A stretch of 63,054 nt of DNA, filler included, from Octopus bimaculoides (lineage: Eukaryota), in assembly GCF_001194135.2 (NCBI RefSeq). It is 7 parts of 6 records of this genome, joined end to end, with 100 filler letters (N's around TTAATTAATTAA, not from the genome) between each part and the next. Parts side by side here need not be neighbours in the genome. Positions count along the whole stretch, not along the records: positions 12,421 to 15,580 come from NC_068993.1; positions 15,681 to 22,374 come from NC_069002.1; positions 22,475 to 33,228 come from NC_068996.1; 4 more parts are not named here. One strand, given 5' to 3'. The translations under genes and the position numbers were made by a program. The notes under the pieces were generated by a model. That model did no database searches and was not told the origin of the DNA. It saw only the letters and a program-made list of their open reading frames with translations. Below, one piece after another: positions 12,975 through 24,419 of this stretch; position 1 is the first letter of the stretch; every line of letters begins with the position of its first letter.

Positions 12975-13632
12975 AGGCATCTTCTCGTTTACACGTTTCA
13001 TTTTAATCAAGCAGATTCGTTCGTTTGAACACGAAGGGTTTATATTTTTTCCAATTAAAATTATGACACTTTCGGTTTGTTGCTAAACGACAATATAAGA
13101 ATGTGTCGTATCGTTTTCTTTTTCCATCTTAGCGTGTGCGAAACGCGTCTGTCTACCACTCTTCAACGAAATAAGACCTTGATTAAAGTAATATCGATGT
13201 ATTCATAAACTTTCCATTAATTTCACCATCTCTATAGCTAAACGCCCACATTTTTATTCGTTTACAAAGTTCCCTAGTATCATGTCGATAAGCACTCATG
13301 AGAAATAGATATATTTAATGCATTCACAGCTCCCAAAATGAAGATTCTATTTCAAACTGTGACAAGTTCTGCAAAATTCATAAAAGAGCATAATAGATGG
13401 TAAGATAGCCATATCTCTCAGAAGAACAGGTGGCTCCAGGACAATTAGATGTACACTTAAAGATTATAGTTAATGTGGAGTCAGAGTCTGTGAAATTGCT
13501 TGGCACTGTATGTTGAGGCTGCAAGGTGATCGCATTGTAGTTGTGAGCTGTCACATATACACAATCCTACATATATATATATCCACACACAAAAGCACAG
13601 ATGCAAATGCACGTATGCACATGCATACATAC

Positions 13633-13689
<57 letters not shown>

Positions 13690-14677
13690 NNNNNNNNNNN
13701 NNNNNNNNNNNNNNNNNNNNNNNNNNNNNNNNNNNNNNNNNNNNNNNNNNNNNNNNNNNNNNNNNNNNNNNNNNNNNNNNNNNNNNNNNNNNNNNNNNNN
13801 NNNNNNNNNNNNNNNNNNNNNNNNNNNNNNNNNNNNNNNNNNNNNNNNNNNNNNNNNNNNNNNNNNNNNNNNNNNNNNNNNNNNNNNNNNNNNNNNNNNN
13901 NNNNNNNNNNNNNNNNNNNNNNNNNNNNNNNNNNNNNNNNNNNNNNNNNNNNNNNNNNNNNNNNNNNNNNNNNNNNNNNNNNNNNNNNNNNNNNNNNNNN
14001 NNNNNNNNNNNNNNNNNNNNNNNNNNNNNNNNNNNNNNNNNNNNNNNNNNNNNNNNNNNNNNNNNNNNNNNNNNNNNNNNNNNNNNNNNNNNNNNNNNNN
14101 NNNNNNNNNNNNNNNNNNNNNNNNNNNNNNNNNNNNNNNNNNNNNNNNNNNNNNNNNNNNNNNNNNNNNNNNNNNNNNNNNNNNNNNNNNNNNNNNNNNN
14201 NNNNNNNNNNNNNNNNNNNNNNNNNNNNNNNNNNNNNNNNNNNNNNNNNNNNNNNNNNNNNNNNNNNNNNNNNNNNNNNNNNNNNNNNNNNNNNNNNNNN
14301 NNNNNNNNNNNNNNNNNNNNNNNNNNNNNNNNNNNNNNNNNNNNNNNNNNNNNNNNNNNNNNNNNNNNNNNNNNNNNNNNNNNNNNNNNNNNNNNNNNNN
14401 NNNNNNNNNNNNNNNNNNNNNNNNNNNNNNNNNNNNNNNNNNNNNNNNNNNNNNNNNNNNNNNNNNNNNNNNNNNNNNNNNNNNNNNNNNNNNNNNNNNN
14501 NNNNNNNNNNNNNNNNNNNNNNNNNNNNNNNNNNNNNNNNNNNNNNNNNNNNNNNNNNNNNNNNNNNNNNNNNNNNNNNNNNNNNNNNNNNNNNNNNNNN
14601 NNNNNNNNNNNNNNNNNNNNNNNNNNNNNNNNNNNNNNNNNNNNNNNNNNNNNNNNNNNNNNNNNNNNNNNNNNNNN

Positions 14678-14718
<41 letters not shown>

Positions 14719-15313
14719 TATATAGAAAAAAATTAATTAAGGTACTCAGAAACCTGGATGTTTGTACATTTACAGATTTTTATTAATGCCACATTAAATG
14801 AAGCGCTTTTCACCTAGTCGTGTAGGTTTTTCAAATATATGTATGTATATATATGTATATAAATATATATATATGAACGAATGTGTAATGTGTATGCGAG
14901 TGCATAAAACAAAATTAGAATGGACCAATTACATTGTTTATATTTCAAAGTGAGGCTACAATTGTAAGGTCATTTAAAAAGATCGTATATTTTTCATTCC
15001 AAATTATCTAAAATCACATCAAATTAATTAAGCTATCTCGCTGTCAGCACATGTACTGCGATACGAATAACATTCCAGTTTTTACAGAGATACTTCAAAA
15101 CACCGTGTCCAGAAAGTGTTTTTGTGTTTTATTCACGATAATTTAGTAAAACTGGAAACGGTTGAGTTGGATCCTGTGATTACCGCACTTAGAAAAATGT
15201 TACATGAATTAGGACCAATTTTATTTACACTTCAGAATATACATTTATAACAAAAATGTATCATGCCGTAAAACTTCAAGTTCTGTGAGCACAAACATAC
15301 AAGCACATACACA

Positions 15314-15362
<49 letters not shown>

Positions 15363-15395
15363 TTTTATATATACATACGTATGTATTTTTTCATG

Positions 15396-15432
<37 letters not shown>

Positions 15433-15753
15433 GAAAGTTTGAAAATGCACTTATTTTTAAAAAATATTTATTTACTTAACCGGTTTCACTTTTTTAGAAA
15501 AAGATTATCAAAAGTCTTTGAGAATAATAAAAAATGTTAAAAAACAGTCTGAGTATTAAAATGCATATATACATTCTTTGNNNNNNNNNNNNNNNNNNNN
15601 NNNNNNNNNNNNNNNNNNNNNNNNTTAATTAATTAANNNNNNNNNNNNNNNNNNNNNNNNNNNNNNNNNNNNNNNNNNNNATATATATATATATATAAGG
15701 TAGAAAATATTTTACTGGGGAAAGATACGTGGTGGATATATTGAGAAAAATCC

Positions 15754-16658
15754 CAGAAGATTTGTTTTTACATGATTTACAGCCATAATAATAGAGATAC
15801 AATTTTGTACTAAATAAGGTTTTGTTCTTTCAACATAATTGAAGTAAGGACTGGTTTCGCATTGCTCATCAAGCTGAGAGATATATTGCTGGGGAAGAAA
15901 AATATATTGTTAGGGGAGATAATTGTTCACTCATTTATTTTGCAATAAAGGGGAGGTAAATCTGTAATATTTATGTTTCTTCTTATTTTTGTATTCTCTA
16001 TTTTATTCTGACTGATATCTTATATTAGATGGAGTAGTCCTTTATTTTTAGTATGGGTTCATATTTAATTCTGGTTTATATTTTTGGATAGATGAGGCTT
16101 CTTTATTTAGTCTTACTTGTCTTGAGGTCCAGAAGGCAAGTTGATAAAATGGGAAAATTACGAATTGTGGATGTAATCGTCCTGCATATCCGTCAAAGTG
16201 TTGAGTGAGGTATATTTGGCGATATTGTGGGGAGGAAATTTGTTGTCTGTGGACCGTACATCTCTTGCGGATCGAATTTCCTGTCGATGGCAGCCTGAAG
16301 ATCTGAGGATATGTAAATGAACCCATATTAAAAATAAAGGATTTACCCCCATCTAATGCCAGATGTAAGCCATAATAAAATAGAGAACACAAAAAACAAA
16401 AAAATTAAAATTACAGATTTACCTCCCCTCTACTGCAAAATAAATGAGCGAACAATTATCTCCCCTAGCAATATATTCCTCCCCCCTCCTTCCGCCAGCA
16501 ATATATCTTCTTCCACTCTCTGTTTGATGAGCAATGCGAAACCAGTCCTTATTTCAATTATGTTGAAAGAACAAATCCTTATTTTGAACAAAATACCATA
16601 GTAACTTTATTATCATGGCTCTAATATACTCTTTAAATGCTGTAAAACAAATCTTCTG
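15754..16658 (-). mobile_element. 5'-truncated Penelope-like element: GIY-YIG C-terminus flanked by inverted pLTRs
   Basis: Arms 15754-16068 and about 16314-16658 are diverged inverted repeats. The spacer ORF (minus) reads GNSIRKRCTVHRQQISSPQYRQIYLTQHFD...FVIFPFY...EASSIQKYKPELN, resembling the end of a PLE GIY-YIG endonuclease. Both arms carry TTGATGA-gcaatgc-GAAA-ccagtc. Confidence 0.72.
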
Positions 16659-16777
16659 TGTTTGTTCATCTTTCCTCTTTATATATNNNNNNNNNNNNNN
16701 NNNNNNNNNNNNNNNNNNNNNNNNNNNNNATAAATGGCAGAGAAATAGTTTGATAAAAATTCACTTAACAATTATTC

Positions 16778-17109
16778 TTTTACTTGTTTCAGTCATTTGA
16801 CTGCGGCCATGCTGGAGCACCGCCTTTAGTCGAGCAAATCGACCACGGAACTTATTCTTTGTAAGCCTAGTACTTATTCTATCGGTTCTTTTTGCCGAAC
16901 CGCTAGGTTACGGGGACGTAAACATACCACCATCGGTTGTCAAGCACGACGGGCTTCTTTCAGTTCCCGCCTGCCAAATCCACTCACAAGGATTTGGTCG
17001 GCTTGAGGCTATAGTAGAAGACACCTGCCCAAGGTGCCACGCAGTGGGACTGAACCTGGAACCATGTGGCTGGTAAGCAAGCTTCTTACCACGCAGCCAC
17101 TCCTGCGCC
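16778..17109 (-). mobile_element. SINE family B copy
   Basis: Reverse complement of 29458-29842. Partial copies at about 11885-12070, 19725-19835, 22498-22660, 35378-35535, 39090-39210, 54110-54270 and 61050-61190. Confidence 0.9.
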
Positions 17110-17275
17110 TATTGTTAAATAAAATTTCATTATACTATTTCTATCATCACATTATAACTTATCTTTTTCTCTTGTATCGAGCTATACATCCTATGTTTTG
17201 TAGAATGATACATTAAGAAGCTTTTTTATGAGTACTACCGGATTACATGGCATTGTGATGAATCTTTTTTCAAAG

Positions 17276-17455
17276 TTGGCTGGAATATTTCCAAGAAGCG
17301 TCCCCACTCTAAAAGATGGAACTCACGATTTAACCACATTAGCCGAGACAATATCATCAGGTGGAATTGGTGACTGTAGAACAAAAGTTATCTGTCTAGA
17401 AAACACTCATAATAGATGCGGAGGGAAAATTTTACCTTTGGACTATTTACAAGAG
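17276..17455 (+). CDS. THA1: Low-specificity L-threonine aldolase-like gene, internal exon A (phase 0/0, 60 aa)
   Basis: Acceptor ttttttcaaag and donor GAG|gtaag. Encodes LAGIFPRSVPTLKDGTHDL...RTKVICLENTHNRCGGKILPLDYLQE, containing the LENTHN-GG motif of the threonine aldolase family. Confidence 0.93.
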
Positions 17456-17599
17456 GTAAGGAGATGTTTTGCAAAGCAGATACAAAAACGATGTATTTAC
17501 TTAGTTTAAGCCATATTCTCCCTCTAGATATAACTTGTTCCACTGACTTTTTCCGTTGTTGTGCACATGACTTTTTCTACTGCTCTCAACGCTGAGAGT

Positions 17600-17980
17600 G
17601 GAGGTGCAATGGCCCAGTGGTTAGGGTAGCGGACTCGCTGTCATAGGATCGCGGTTTCGATTCCCAGACCGGGCGTTGTGAGTGTTTATTGAGCGAAAAC
17701 ACCTAAAAGCTCCACGAGGCTCCGACAGGAGATGGTGGCGAACCCCGCTGTACTCTTTCACCACAACTTTCTCTTACTCTTACTTCCTGTTTCTGTTGAG
17801 CCTGTAATTCAAAGGGTCAGCCTTGTCACACTGTGTCACGCTGAATATCCCCGAGAACTACGTTAGGGTACACGTGTCTGTGGAGTGCTCAACCACTTGC
17901 ACGTTAATTTCACGAGCAGGCTGTTCCGTTGATCGGATCAACTGGAACCCTCGACGTCGTAAGCGACGGAGTGCCAACAA
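17600..17980 (+). mobile_element. tRNA-derived SINE, family A, with TSD
   Basis: Full-length copy flanked by caacgctgaga at 17587-17597 and 17988-17998. Confidence 0.92.
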
Positions 17981-18886
17981 AAGACAACAACGCTGAGACT
18001 GTCTTTTCTGTTGTCTTTCCAGTTTCATCTGTGCCTCAATATTCCTCCTCCAATTCTTTTAAGGTGTTTTATGATCTGCTCTTCATGTTTCTCTAGATTT
18101 TCTTAGTTTTCAGTTGTCATCAACACTTTTGTAACTTTGCTTTTTTTTTTTTCCTAGATAAGAACGTTGACACTACACAAACTGATTTTTACTTCTGGGA
18201 AGAGGTGGTCCGTCCATATTGGTCTGGCCTCGATCTTTTGATCTGTCCAGCATGGCAAGCTTTATCAGGGGCGTGTACATTGCTGGTGTATCTCTCATAG
18301 TCACTGAGGCATCTAAGCCACAACATCACGGCAAGGACTGGACCTTGTTGTGGAAATGAGTGAAATATTGCTTTAGGGTTCGCTACAAACTCATGATCGT
18401 CGTCATCATCACCATCATCACCATCATCAAACCCTGGACCTTACTATCCTGAGTCATGGGACTCAGTTTCTATGACGTACAAATGACTGGTATCACAACA
18501 TTCCACCTAAAAGTGGTCCTGTTCAGGGCAAAATGTGAACAGGATCAACGTGAAATGAAGTGTTTTGCTCAGGAACACATAGCACCACACTGTCTGGGAA
18601 TTGAAATCATGATCTTGCAATCATGAATGCAACACTCTAAACACGAGACCACATTCCTTCATTTAACTTCATCTTACAAACTGATTGTTTCACATCGAAT
18701 CTAAAGAAATACCGAATATGAAGAAATAACCAAGAAACGTATTGTCTTTGCATACTTTCTCCCTGCCACAGCAAACCTATCGAATGCCCTCTCTGCTCGT
18801 GTTTTCTGCAGAGGTTTATGCTAAATACCAACCCATCAAACACACCAGTTCTGAGAGGCCCTGTAAACACTACGACATCTGCCCGT

Positions 18887-18955
18887 GGCCAGATGGCGTA
18901 GTGGTTAAGAGCGTGGGCTACTAACCCCAAGATTCCGAGTTCGATTCCAGGCAGT
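18887..18955 (+). pseudogene. tRNA-like Pol III head (SINE head or tRNA pseudogene)
   Basis: A box TGGCGTAGTGG, B box GAGTTCGATTCC, anticodon-like arm GGG-CTACTAA-CCC; acceptor stem does not pair. Its 3' half matches 11555-11588. Confidence 0.7.
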
Positions 18956-19106
18956 TTGAATAAATGTAACAAAAACAAAATCTGAAAGAAGTATTAGCCA
19001 TTTTTCATAATTTCTAGGGGCATGCAAATAGAAAATAACAGTTACTACCCAAGGACAAAAATCGTGTTACACATTGTTACTGATAAAATAATTTTCATTT
19101 TTGCAG

Positions 19107-19244
19107 TTGTACAATCTAGCCCAAGAAAATGATATAAAGGTTCACGTGGATGGTGCACGTATTTTGAATGCTTCCGTTGGACTTGGTGTTCCTGTTTCGG
19201 ATATAACAAAATTCTGTGATTCTCTCACTTGTTGTCTCAATAAG
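19107..19244 (+). CDS. THA1: Threonine aldolase-like exon B (phase 0/0, 46 aa, ends at PLP lysine)
   Basis: Acceptor ttttgcag and donor AAG|gtaagg. Encodes LYNLAQENDIKVHVDGARILNAS...CDSLTCCLNK, with the HxDGAR motif and CLxK Schiff-base lysine. Confidence 0.95.
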
Positions 19245-19450
19245 GTAAGGGGTATTTTTGATGATTTTATGGTTAAAGCTCTATTTCTTCGCATTGACCG
19301 TCAATGGCTTTTCTCCACTGTTCTCTGGACAGAAGCACACCCCAGTATGAGGGTTACTCTCGTACGTTTCCCTGGGGGCCATCCTCTGCCAGATCTTGTT
19401 GATTTTATATTGGTATCATTACTTCATTGACTTTTAAATTTTAATTCCAG

Positions 19451-19506
19451 GGAATTGGTGCTCCATTTGGGTCTATAGTAGCTGGCACTGAATCTTTCAT
19501 CAAAAG
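19451..19506 (+). CDS. THA1: Threonine aldolase-like exon C (56 nt, phase 0/2)
   Basis: Acceptor ttaattccag and donor AG|gtttgt. Encodes GIGAPFGSIVAGTESFIK(R), matching the family G(L/I)GAPxGS motif. Not in the ORF track because it is short. Confidence 0.92.
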
Positions 19507-19598
19507 GTTTGTATCAATTGGTATTGTTATTTATGCTTTTATTCTTTTAAGTGTTTCAGCTTTAAAACTGCGGTCATGCTGGGGCACTACCGTTGGTA

Positions 19599-19687
19599 AA
19601 AAAAAAAAGCTGTCAGTAGATGTCTGTGGGACTCGAACCCGTACACCTCAGATTCCGACCGAATACTCTACCTTTAAGCTAAACGGC
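19599..19687 (-). pseudogene. Degenerate tRNA-like sequence followed by an oligo-T run
   Basis: Minus strand TAGCTTAAAGGTAGAG...GGTTCGAGTCCC then a T run; stems poorly paired. Confidence 0.35.
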
Positions 19688-19930
19688 TTGTTTGCAACAT
19701 ATTTTTAAGTGTAACATCCTAACCACTAGGCCTTGGCTGCGTAGAAAGAAGCTTGCTTCCCAACCGCATAGTGCCGGGTTCGGTCCTACTGCGCGGCACC
19801 ATGGGCACGTGTTTTCTACTATAGCCACTGACCGACCAAAACTTTATTTTATTTTTATTAAAGTTTTGAACTTTTATGTCATGTCATGATCTCACAACAG
19901 GAATCTTGCAAACACAAATACATAATTGTA

Positions 19931-20244
19931 TAGTAATACCTCACTTTACGAGGACCCGTTTTACGAGATCCCGGGTTTATGAGTTTTATTTAATGATAAA
20001 TATAAAAAAGTTAAACAGCCATTTTTGTGTGTGTGGTAACGTCGCAACATGTGACAACATCGCAACATGTGGCAACATCGCAACATGTGGCAACACTGGT
20101 TCGGATGCGTCTACACAGCGACGGAGTAAAATGACAACAGGGAATTTCATTGCTACTGTGGGAAATTATTGCTCTGCTTTACGGGTTTTCGCTTTTACGA
20201 GCGATCTCCGGGAACAAATTAACTCGTATATCGAGACATTACTA
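19931..20244. mobile_element. Pogo/Tigger-like MITE
   Basis: TA-flanked imperfect TIRs tagtaatacctcactttacgag / ctcgtatatcgagacattacta; internal 18-bp unit x3 at 20042-20095. Confidence 0.6.
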
Positions 20245-20287
20245 TAATTAATATAATTTTTTTTTCCTTTTTGTTTTTAATAACCAG

Positions 20288-20424
20288 AGTCGAACGATCT
20301 CGTAAAGCCCTCGGGGGTGAAATGTCTCAACTGGGTATGGAAGCTGCCGCAGCCTTATATGGTTTAGACAGATTTGAAGAAAGCATTCAGAAGGACCATT
20401 TTCTAGCAAAGAAACTGGTCAATG
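20288..20424 (+). CDS. THA1: Threonine aldolase-like exon D (137 nt, phase 2/1)
   Basis: T-rich tract plus taaccag acceptor, donor G|gtaaat. Encodes (R)VERSRKALGGEMSQLGMEAAAALYGLD...KDHFLAKKLVN(G), colinear with the RKxLGGGMRQ region. Confidence 0.93.
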
Positions 20425-21299
20425 GTAAATATGCTTCGTTGTCATTTGCTTCATTATTGTTGAGGTTAGGGGCGACACACTGGTGTCGATGTAATCGACT
20501 AATTCTCCCCCCCCCCTGAAATTGCTGGCCTTGTGCCAAAATTTAAAATCAGTATATATATATATAATATGCTACATGTCTTTGTATATATCCTTTTTTT
20601 GTGTGAGTAACAGCGTTTGAAGCTGTTGAATTAGTTCCACTTTATACGATTTACTTTCTAAATCATTCGATAGGAGCTGGAGTCCTTCTCTTTATTTTTC
20701 GTATTCATCTCATAATGCTTAAATGAAACGTTTTGAAGTTTTCTAAATTATCCAACAGCGTCTCTACTTTGTTATGTCTGTCGTTTTCATTTGAAAGTTC
20801 ATTCTGCTTTCTTAATTATTAACTAATCTTATCTTACATAATTTAAAATGCAGTATGCTTCACATGGTCACACTGGTCGAGGGAAGCTAAAACAACAAAC
20901 GGAGCGGGAGTGAATGGCAATCAGTGATACTGAATGCGGCGAACTGTAATGAGATGTTTTACTCTGAATTCGCCGGTATTTTAATGAAAATGAAACTAAA
21001 ATTTTATCGTAAATTATATTTATTTTATCAATCTCTCTCCAACACACGCGCGCACAGACACACACACTTATAGGAAAGTGGTTATACACCCGCTTCCGTA
21101 CATTAAATTCTGAAGAAACAACGGAACGCAGATTCTGAACCATCAACACAACAATATTTATTTACAGAGGAAATAGGCAGCACTTCGCCCTTTGTTGGAA
21201 AGACACTGTCTCCAGAGTTGGAATGTTGGAGACACTGCTTGACACGTCCATGCTCATGGCCGGCCGGCCGAGAAAGAGAATGAAAAAAGCGGGAACGTT

Positions 21300-21400
21300 T
21301 TAGATGTTGAACTCCACGCATGCGCATGAGACTCTTCCCGTGTTCCTTCCGGAACTAGTCCCCGCGCATGCGTGGATAAGCTTACCGGAAATGTCGTCTG
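21300..21400. promoter_or_regulatory. CpG-rich promoter-like island with two NRF1-like and two ETS-like motifs
   Basis: cacgcatgcgca (21315-21326) and cgcgcatgcgtg (21363-21374) resemble NRF1 YGCGCATGCGCR. cttccgg (21346-21352) and accggaaat (21384-21392) are oppositely oriented ETS cores. Confidence 0.5.
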
Positions 21401-21677
21401 CTATTAAGGCGTTACTACACACTTATATAAATATTTGTGTATGTGTGTGTGTGTGTGTGTGTGTCTTTCCTTTCTCTTTCTCCCAAAGCTACGCGATAAT
21501 TCATGATTAATTCAAAACAATGTGGATAAATAAACATTATATCTGACAGAGTAATCTGTATGCTAATGAGTTAATATATTTCGTGAATTATTCTTATTAT
21601 TTCAATTATTTAATTAAGAATTATCTTTTTATTTGATTTTTTAATTCGTGAATTGTTTCTCATTTTCTCGGTTTCAG

Positions 21678-21802
21678 GTCTGAAAAATCTTTCTTCTTCA
21701 GTGGTGACAATAGAGCCAGAGGAAGACCAAACTAATCTCGTTCTTATTAAAATCGATAAAGAAATGTCTTTTATCACTAACTTAAAGAAACGTTTAATGA
21801 CG
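21678..21802 (+). CDS. THA1: Threonine aldolase-like exon E (125 nt, phase 1/0)
   Basis: Acceptor ttttctcggtttcag and donor ACG|gtatga. Phase matches exon D. Encodes (G)LKNLSSSVVTIEPEEDQTNLVLIKID...KRLMT, with a (E/Q)TN(I/L)V motif. Confidence 0.85.
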
Positions 21803-22074
21803 GTATGAAAGTAAATTTCTCATTTATTTATCCATTTCATTCTGCAGAAAGTAAAAGCCACTGATTTAAATATAAATATTTGTAAAGACGGGTAACTATG
21901 AGCGGAAATTAATAGTAAACCCGTATATAAAGATATCTGCTGTACAGAAGATATGGATTTGTATATCAGAGGGAGTCTTCGTATGTTAGAAGGAGTCTTC
22001 AACTTTTTTTCCATCCAAGAGTTTGCTTTTTTAACTTAATATTCTACATGCTGTTATTTACAGTAGCAAGCAGT

Positions 22075-22374
22075 GGCGGCGCAATGGCCCAGTGGATAGG
22101 GCAGCGAACTCGCGGTCATAGCTATCGCGGTCCCGATTCCCAGACCTGGCGTTGTGAGTGTTTATTGAGCAAAAACATCTAAAGCTCCACGAGGCTCCGG
22201 CAGGGGATGGTGGCGAACCCTGCTGTACTCTTCCACCACAACTTTCTCTTACTCTTTCTTCCTGTTTCTGTTGTGCCTGTAATTCAAAGGGTCAGCCTTG
22301 TCACACTCTGTGTCACGCTGAATATCCCCGAGAACTACGTTAAGGGTACACGTGTCTGTGGAGTGCTCAGCCAC
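22075..22374 (+). mobile_element. tRNA-derived SINE, family A (cut by gap)
   Basis: Highly similar to 1336-1705. Confidence 0.9.
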
Positions 22375-23188
22375 NNNNNNNNNNNNNNNNNNNNNNNNNN
22401 NNNNNNNNNNNNNNNNNNTTAATTAATTAANNNNNNNNNNNNNNNNNNNNNNNNNNNNNNNNNNNNNNNNNNNNATATATATATATATATATATACACGA
22501 TGGGCTTCTTTCAGTTTCTGTCTACCAAATCCATTCACAAAGCTTTGGTCAGCCCAAGGCTATAGTAGAAGACACTTGCCCAAGGTGCCACGCAGTGGGA
22601 CTGAACTCGGAACCATGTCATTGGGAAGCAAGCTTCTTACCACACAGCCACGCCTGTGCCTATATAATTTTTTATTTTCCAAAATAAAACAACTTTAACA
22701 GTAAGATAGAAAATTATTTTTGTATGCTTCTACTTTATTTAAATTTGAAAAGTTTTCTACTTTTATTTTTAATTGTAAAGTCTTTGATCAGATCCTCAAA
22801 ATTAATCTTGCATAATACACTTGTTTCTATATTGAGTAGAGATAAGGCATCCTGAATATTATTTTAGCAAGTTTAAAGTGATTTCTTTTGTGCTGTAAAC
22901 CATTTACTATTTCTGTGGCCCTCTCCTCCCCCTTGCCCTCCGACGCCTTTAGCATGTGCTTATTTTGCTTAATAGTTAATCCAGCGCTGTGTAATTAGCA
23001 AGAAATGAGCATAATTATCTCCTTGAGACTACAAGATCTACTACTCTGCATCATTCTCTAATTATTTGTTACCCTTGAGAATTTTAGTATAAGTAGTGTT
23101 GTTATTTTAGACGGGAGGCACTACCACTGGTATGAGAATCATGATGTATGAAGATTACTTACATATGATTATGATGATCACTCACTTT

Positions 23189-23414
23189 CTTATTTCTTTA
23201 TTGCCCCCAAGGGGCTAAACATAGAGGGGACAGACAAGGGGATTAAGTCGATTACATCGACCCCAGTGCGTAACTGGTACTTAATTTATCGACTCCGAAA
23301 GGATGAAAGGCAAAGTCGACCTCAGCAGAATTTGAACTCAGAACGCAAAGACAGACGAGATCCCCGCTAAGTATTTCGTCCAGCGTGCTAATGTTTCTGC
23401 CAGCTGGAGCCGCC
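23189..23414 (-). mobile_element. tRNA-derived SINE, family C
   Basis: Reverse complement of the 62445-62672 copy; long flanking duplication. Confidence 0.88.
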
Positions 23415-23549
23415 TTTATGATGATCACTTACATATGATTAGGATGATCATTCACTTTCTGCCTCACAGATTGGGAGTTTGCTATCAAATTGCTTGTTTG
23501 TAATGTTTAATTTGATTTCTTGTTGGTAAGGCTACAAACAACATATAGA

Positions 23550-24170
23550 AATGATGAGAATATGAAAATGAGTCACTTGAGTGAGCTTAAGGTGAAGGTA
23601 GTATGTTGCATGTTGACTGAGAGTGGCAGAAGCTATTACAGTAATGATGGAAGAGAGAGGAAAGAATGCTGTTTGTCAGTGTTCAAGTGTTTGTAGTCTC
23701 TCTCGGTGAATGAAAGCTACCAAACAGACGAACTGTCTTTTGTTTGGATAGTCTTGGATATTGATTGTTTCTAAGCTATTTCGTCCCAGATATATGAGTA
23801 GCACTCTTGTGTGAAGTGTACAGCTGGCCCTGAAGAGAAATCCTTGCCTTTTGAGATAACTTTGGCTATGGAATCTATTGAAGAGAGAAGCAGTATGTCT
23901 TTCGGTTAGTTGTTGCAGAGTGGCCTGTATTTACTTTCACTTGTTTTGGGTGAAATCTAGAATATTTATTCTTTTAGCCAAGCCAGTCCTAATCATGCAG
24001 ATCTGCAATCAACAGTACAGGTGTGACTCTCTATTTTTGCCCAGGTATAATACACTCAAGATTACTTTCTACTTTTCGAAAGTGGTAAGGTGTAATCTGA
24101 GGTGAGCTTTAGCTTTGGAAGTTGAACAACTTTGTAGCTGCTCTCTTGTTGATTCAAGAATGTTTGTGGA
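23550..24170 (-). mobile_element. Degenerate L2/CR1-group LINE RT C-terminal region
   Basis: Minus-strand remnants (QLYT, ECYSYIW, VRLFG, HYCNSFC across frameshifts) resemble LYKAQIRP.MEYCSHIW...AVRLI. Confidence 0.5.
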
Positions 24171-24380
24171 CGTAGTAATAGCACCACCATCCTATATATC
24201 ATCATCGTTTAACATCTGCTTTCCATGCCGGCATGGGTTGGATGGTTTGATTGAAGACTTGCAAGCCAGGCTCCAATCTGTTTTGGCAAGGTAGCTAGAT
24301 GCTCTTATATATATATATTAGCTTAAAAGCCACCCTCTGTGCAGACTTTTAAGCTAGCTCCCGTGGAGGGCTAATTGGGC

Positions 24381-24419
<39 letters not shown>

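Noticed and set aside
13125-13160. CGAAACGCGTC half-hammerhead
   Set aside because: No upstream CUGANGA core.
13510-14736. Long ORFs spanning N runs (also 30674-31868, 34215-35179, 42409-43521, 57758-58954)
   Set aside because: Length comes from N codons and microsatellites.
18887-18955. Functional tRNA gene
   Set aside because: Acceptor stem does not pair and no oligo-T terminator follows; treated as a SINE head or pseudogene.
21848-21895. Possible terminal aldolase exon KVKATDLNINICKDG*
   Set aside because: Would need a 45-nt intron and lacks the RxVxH motif.
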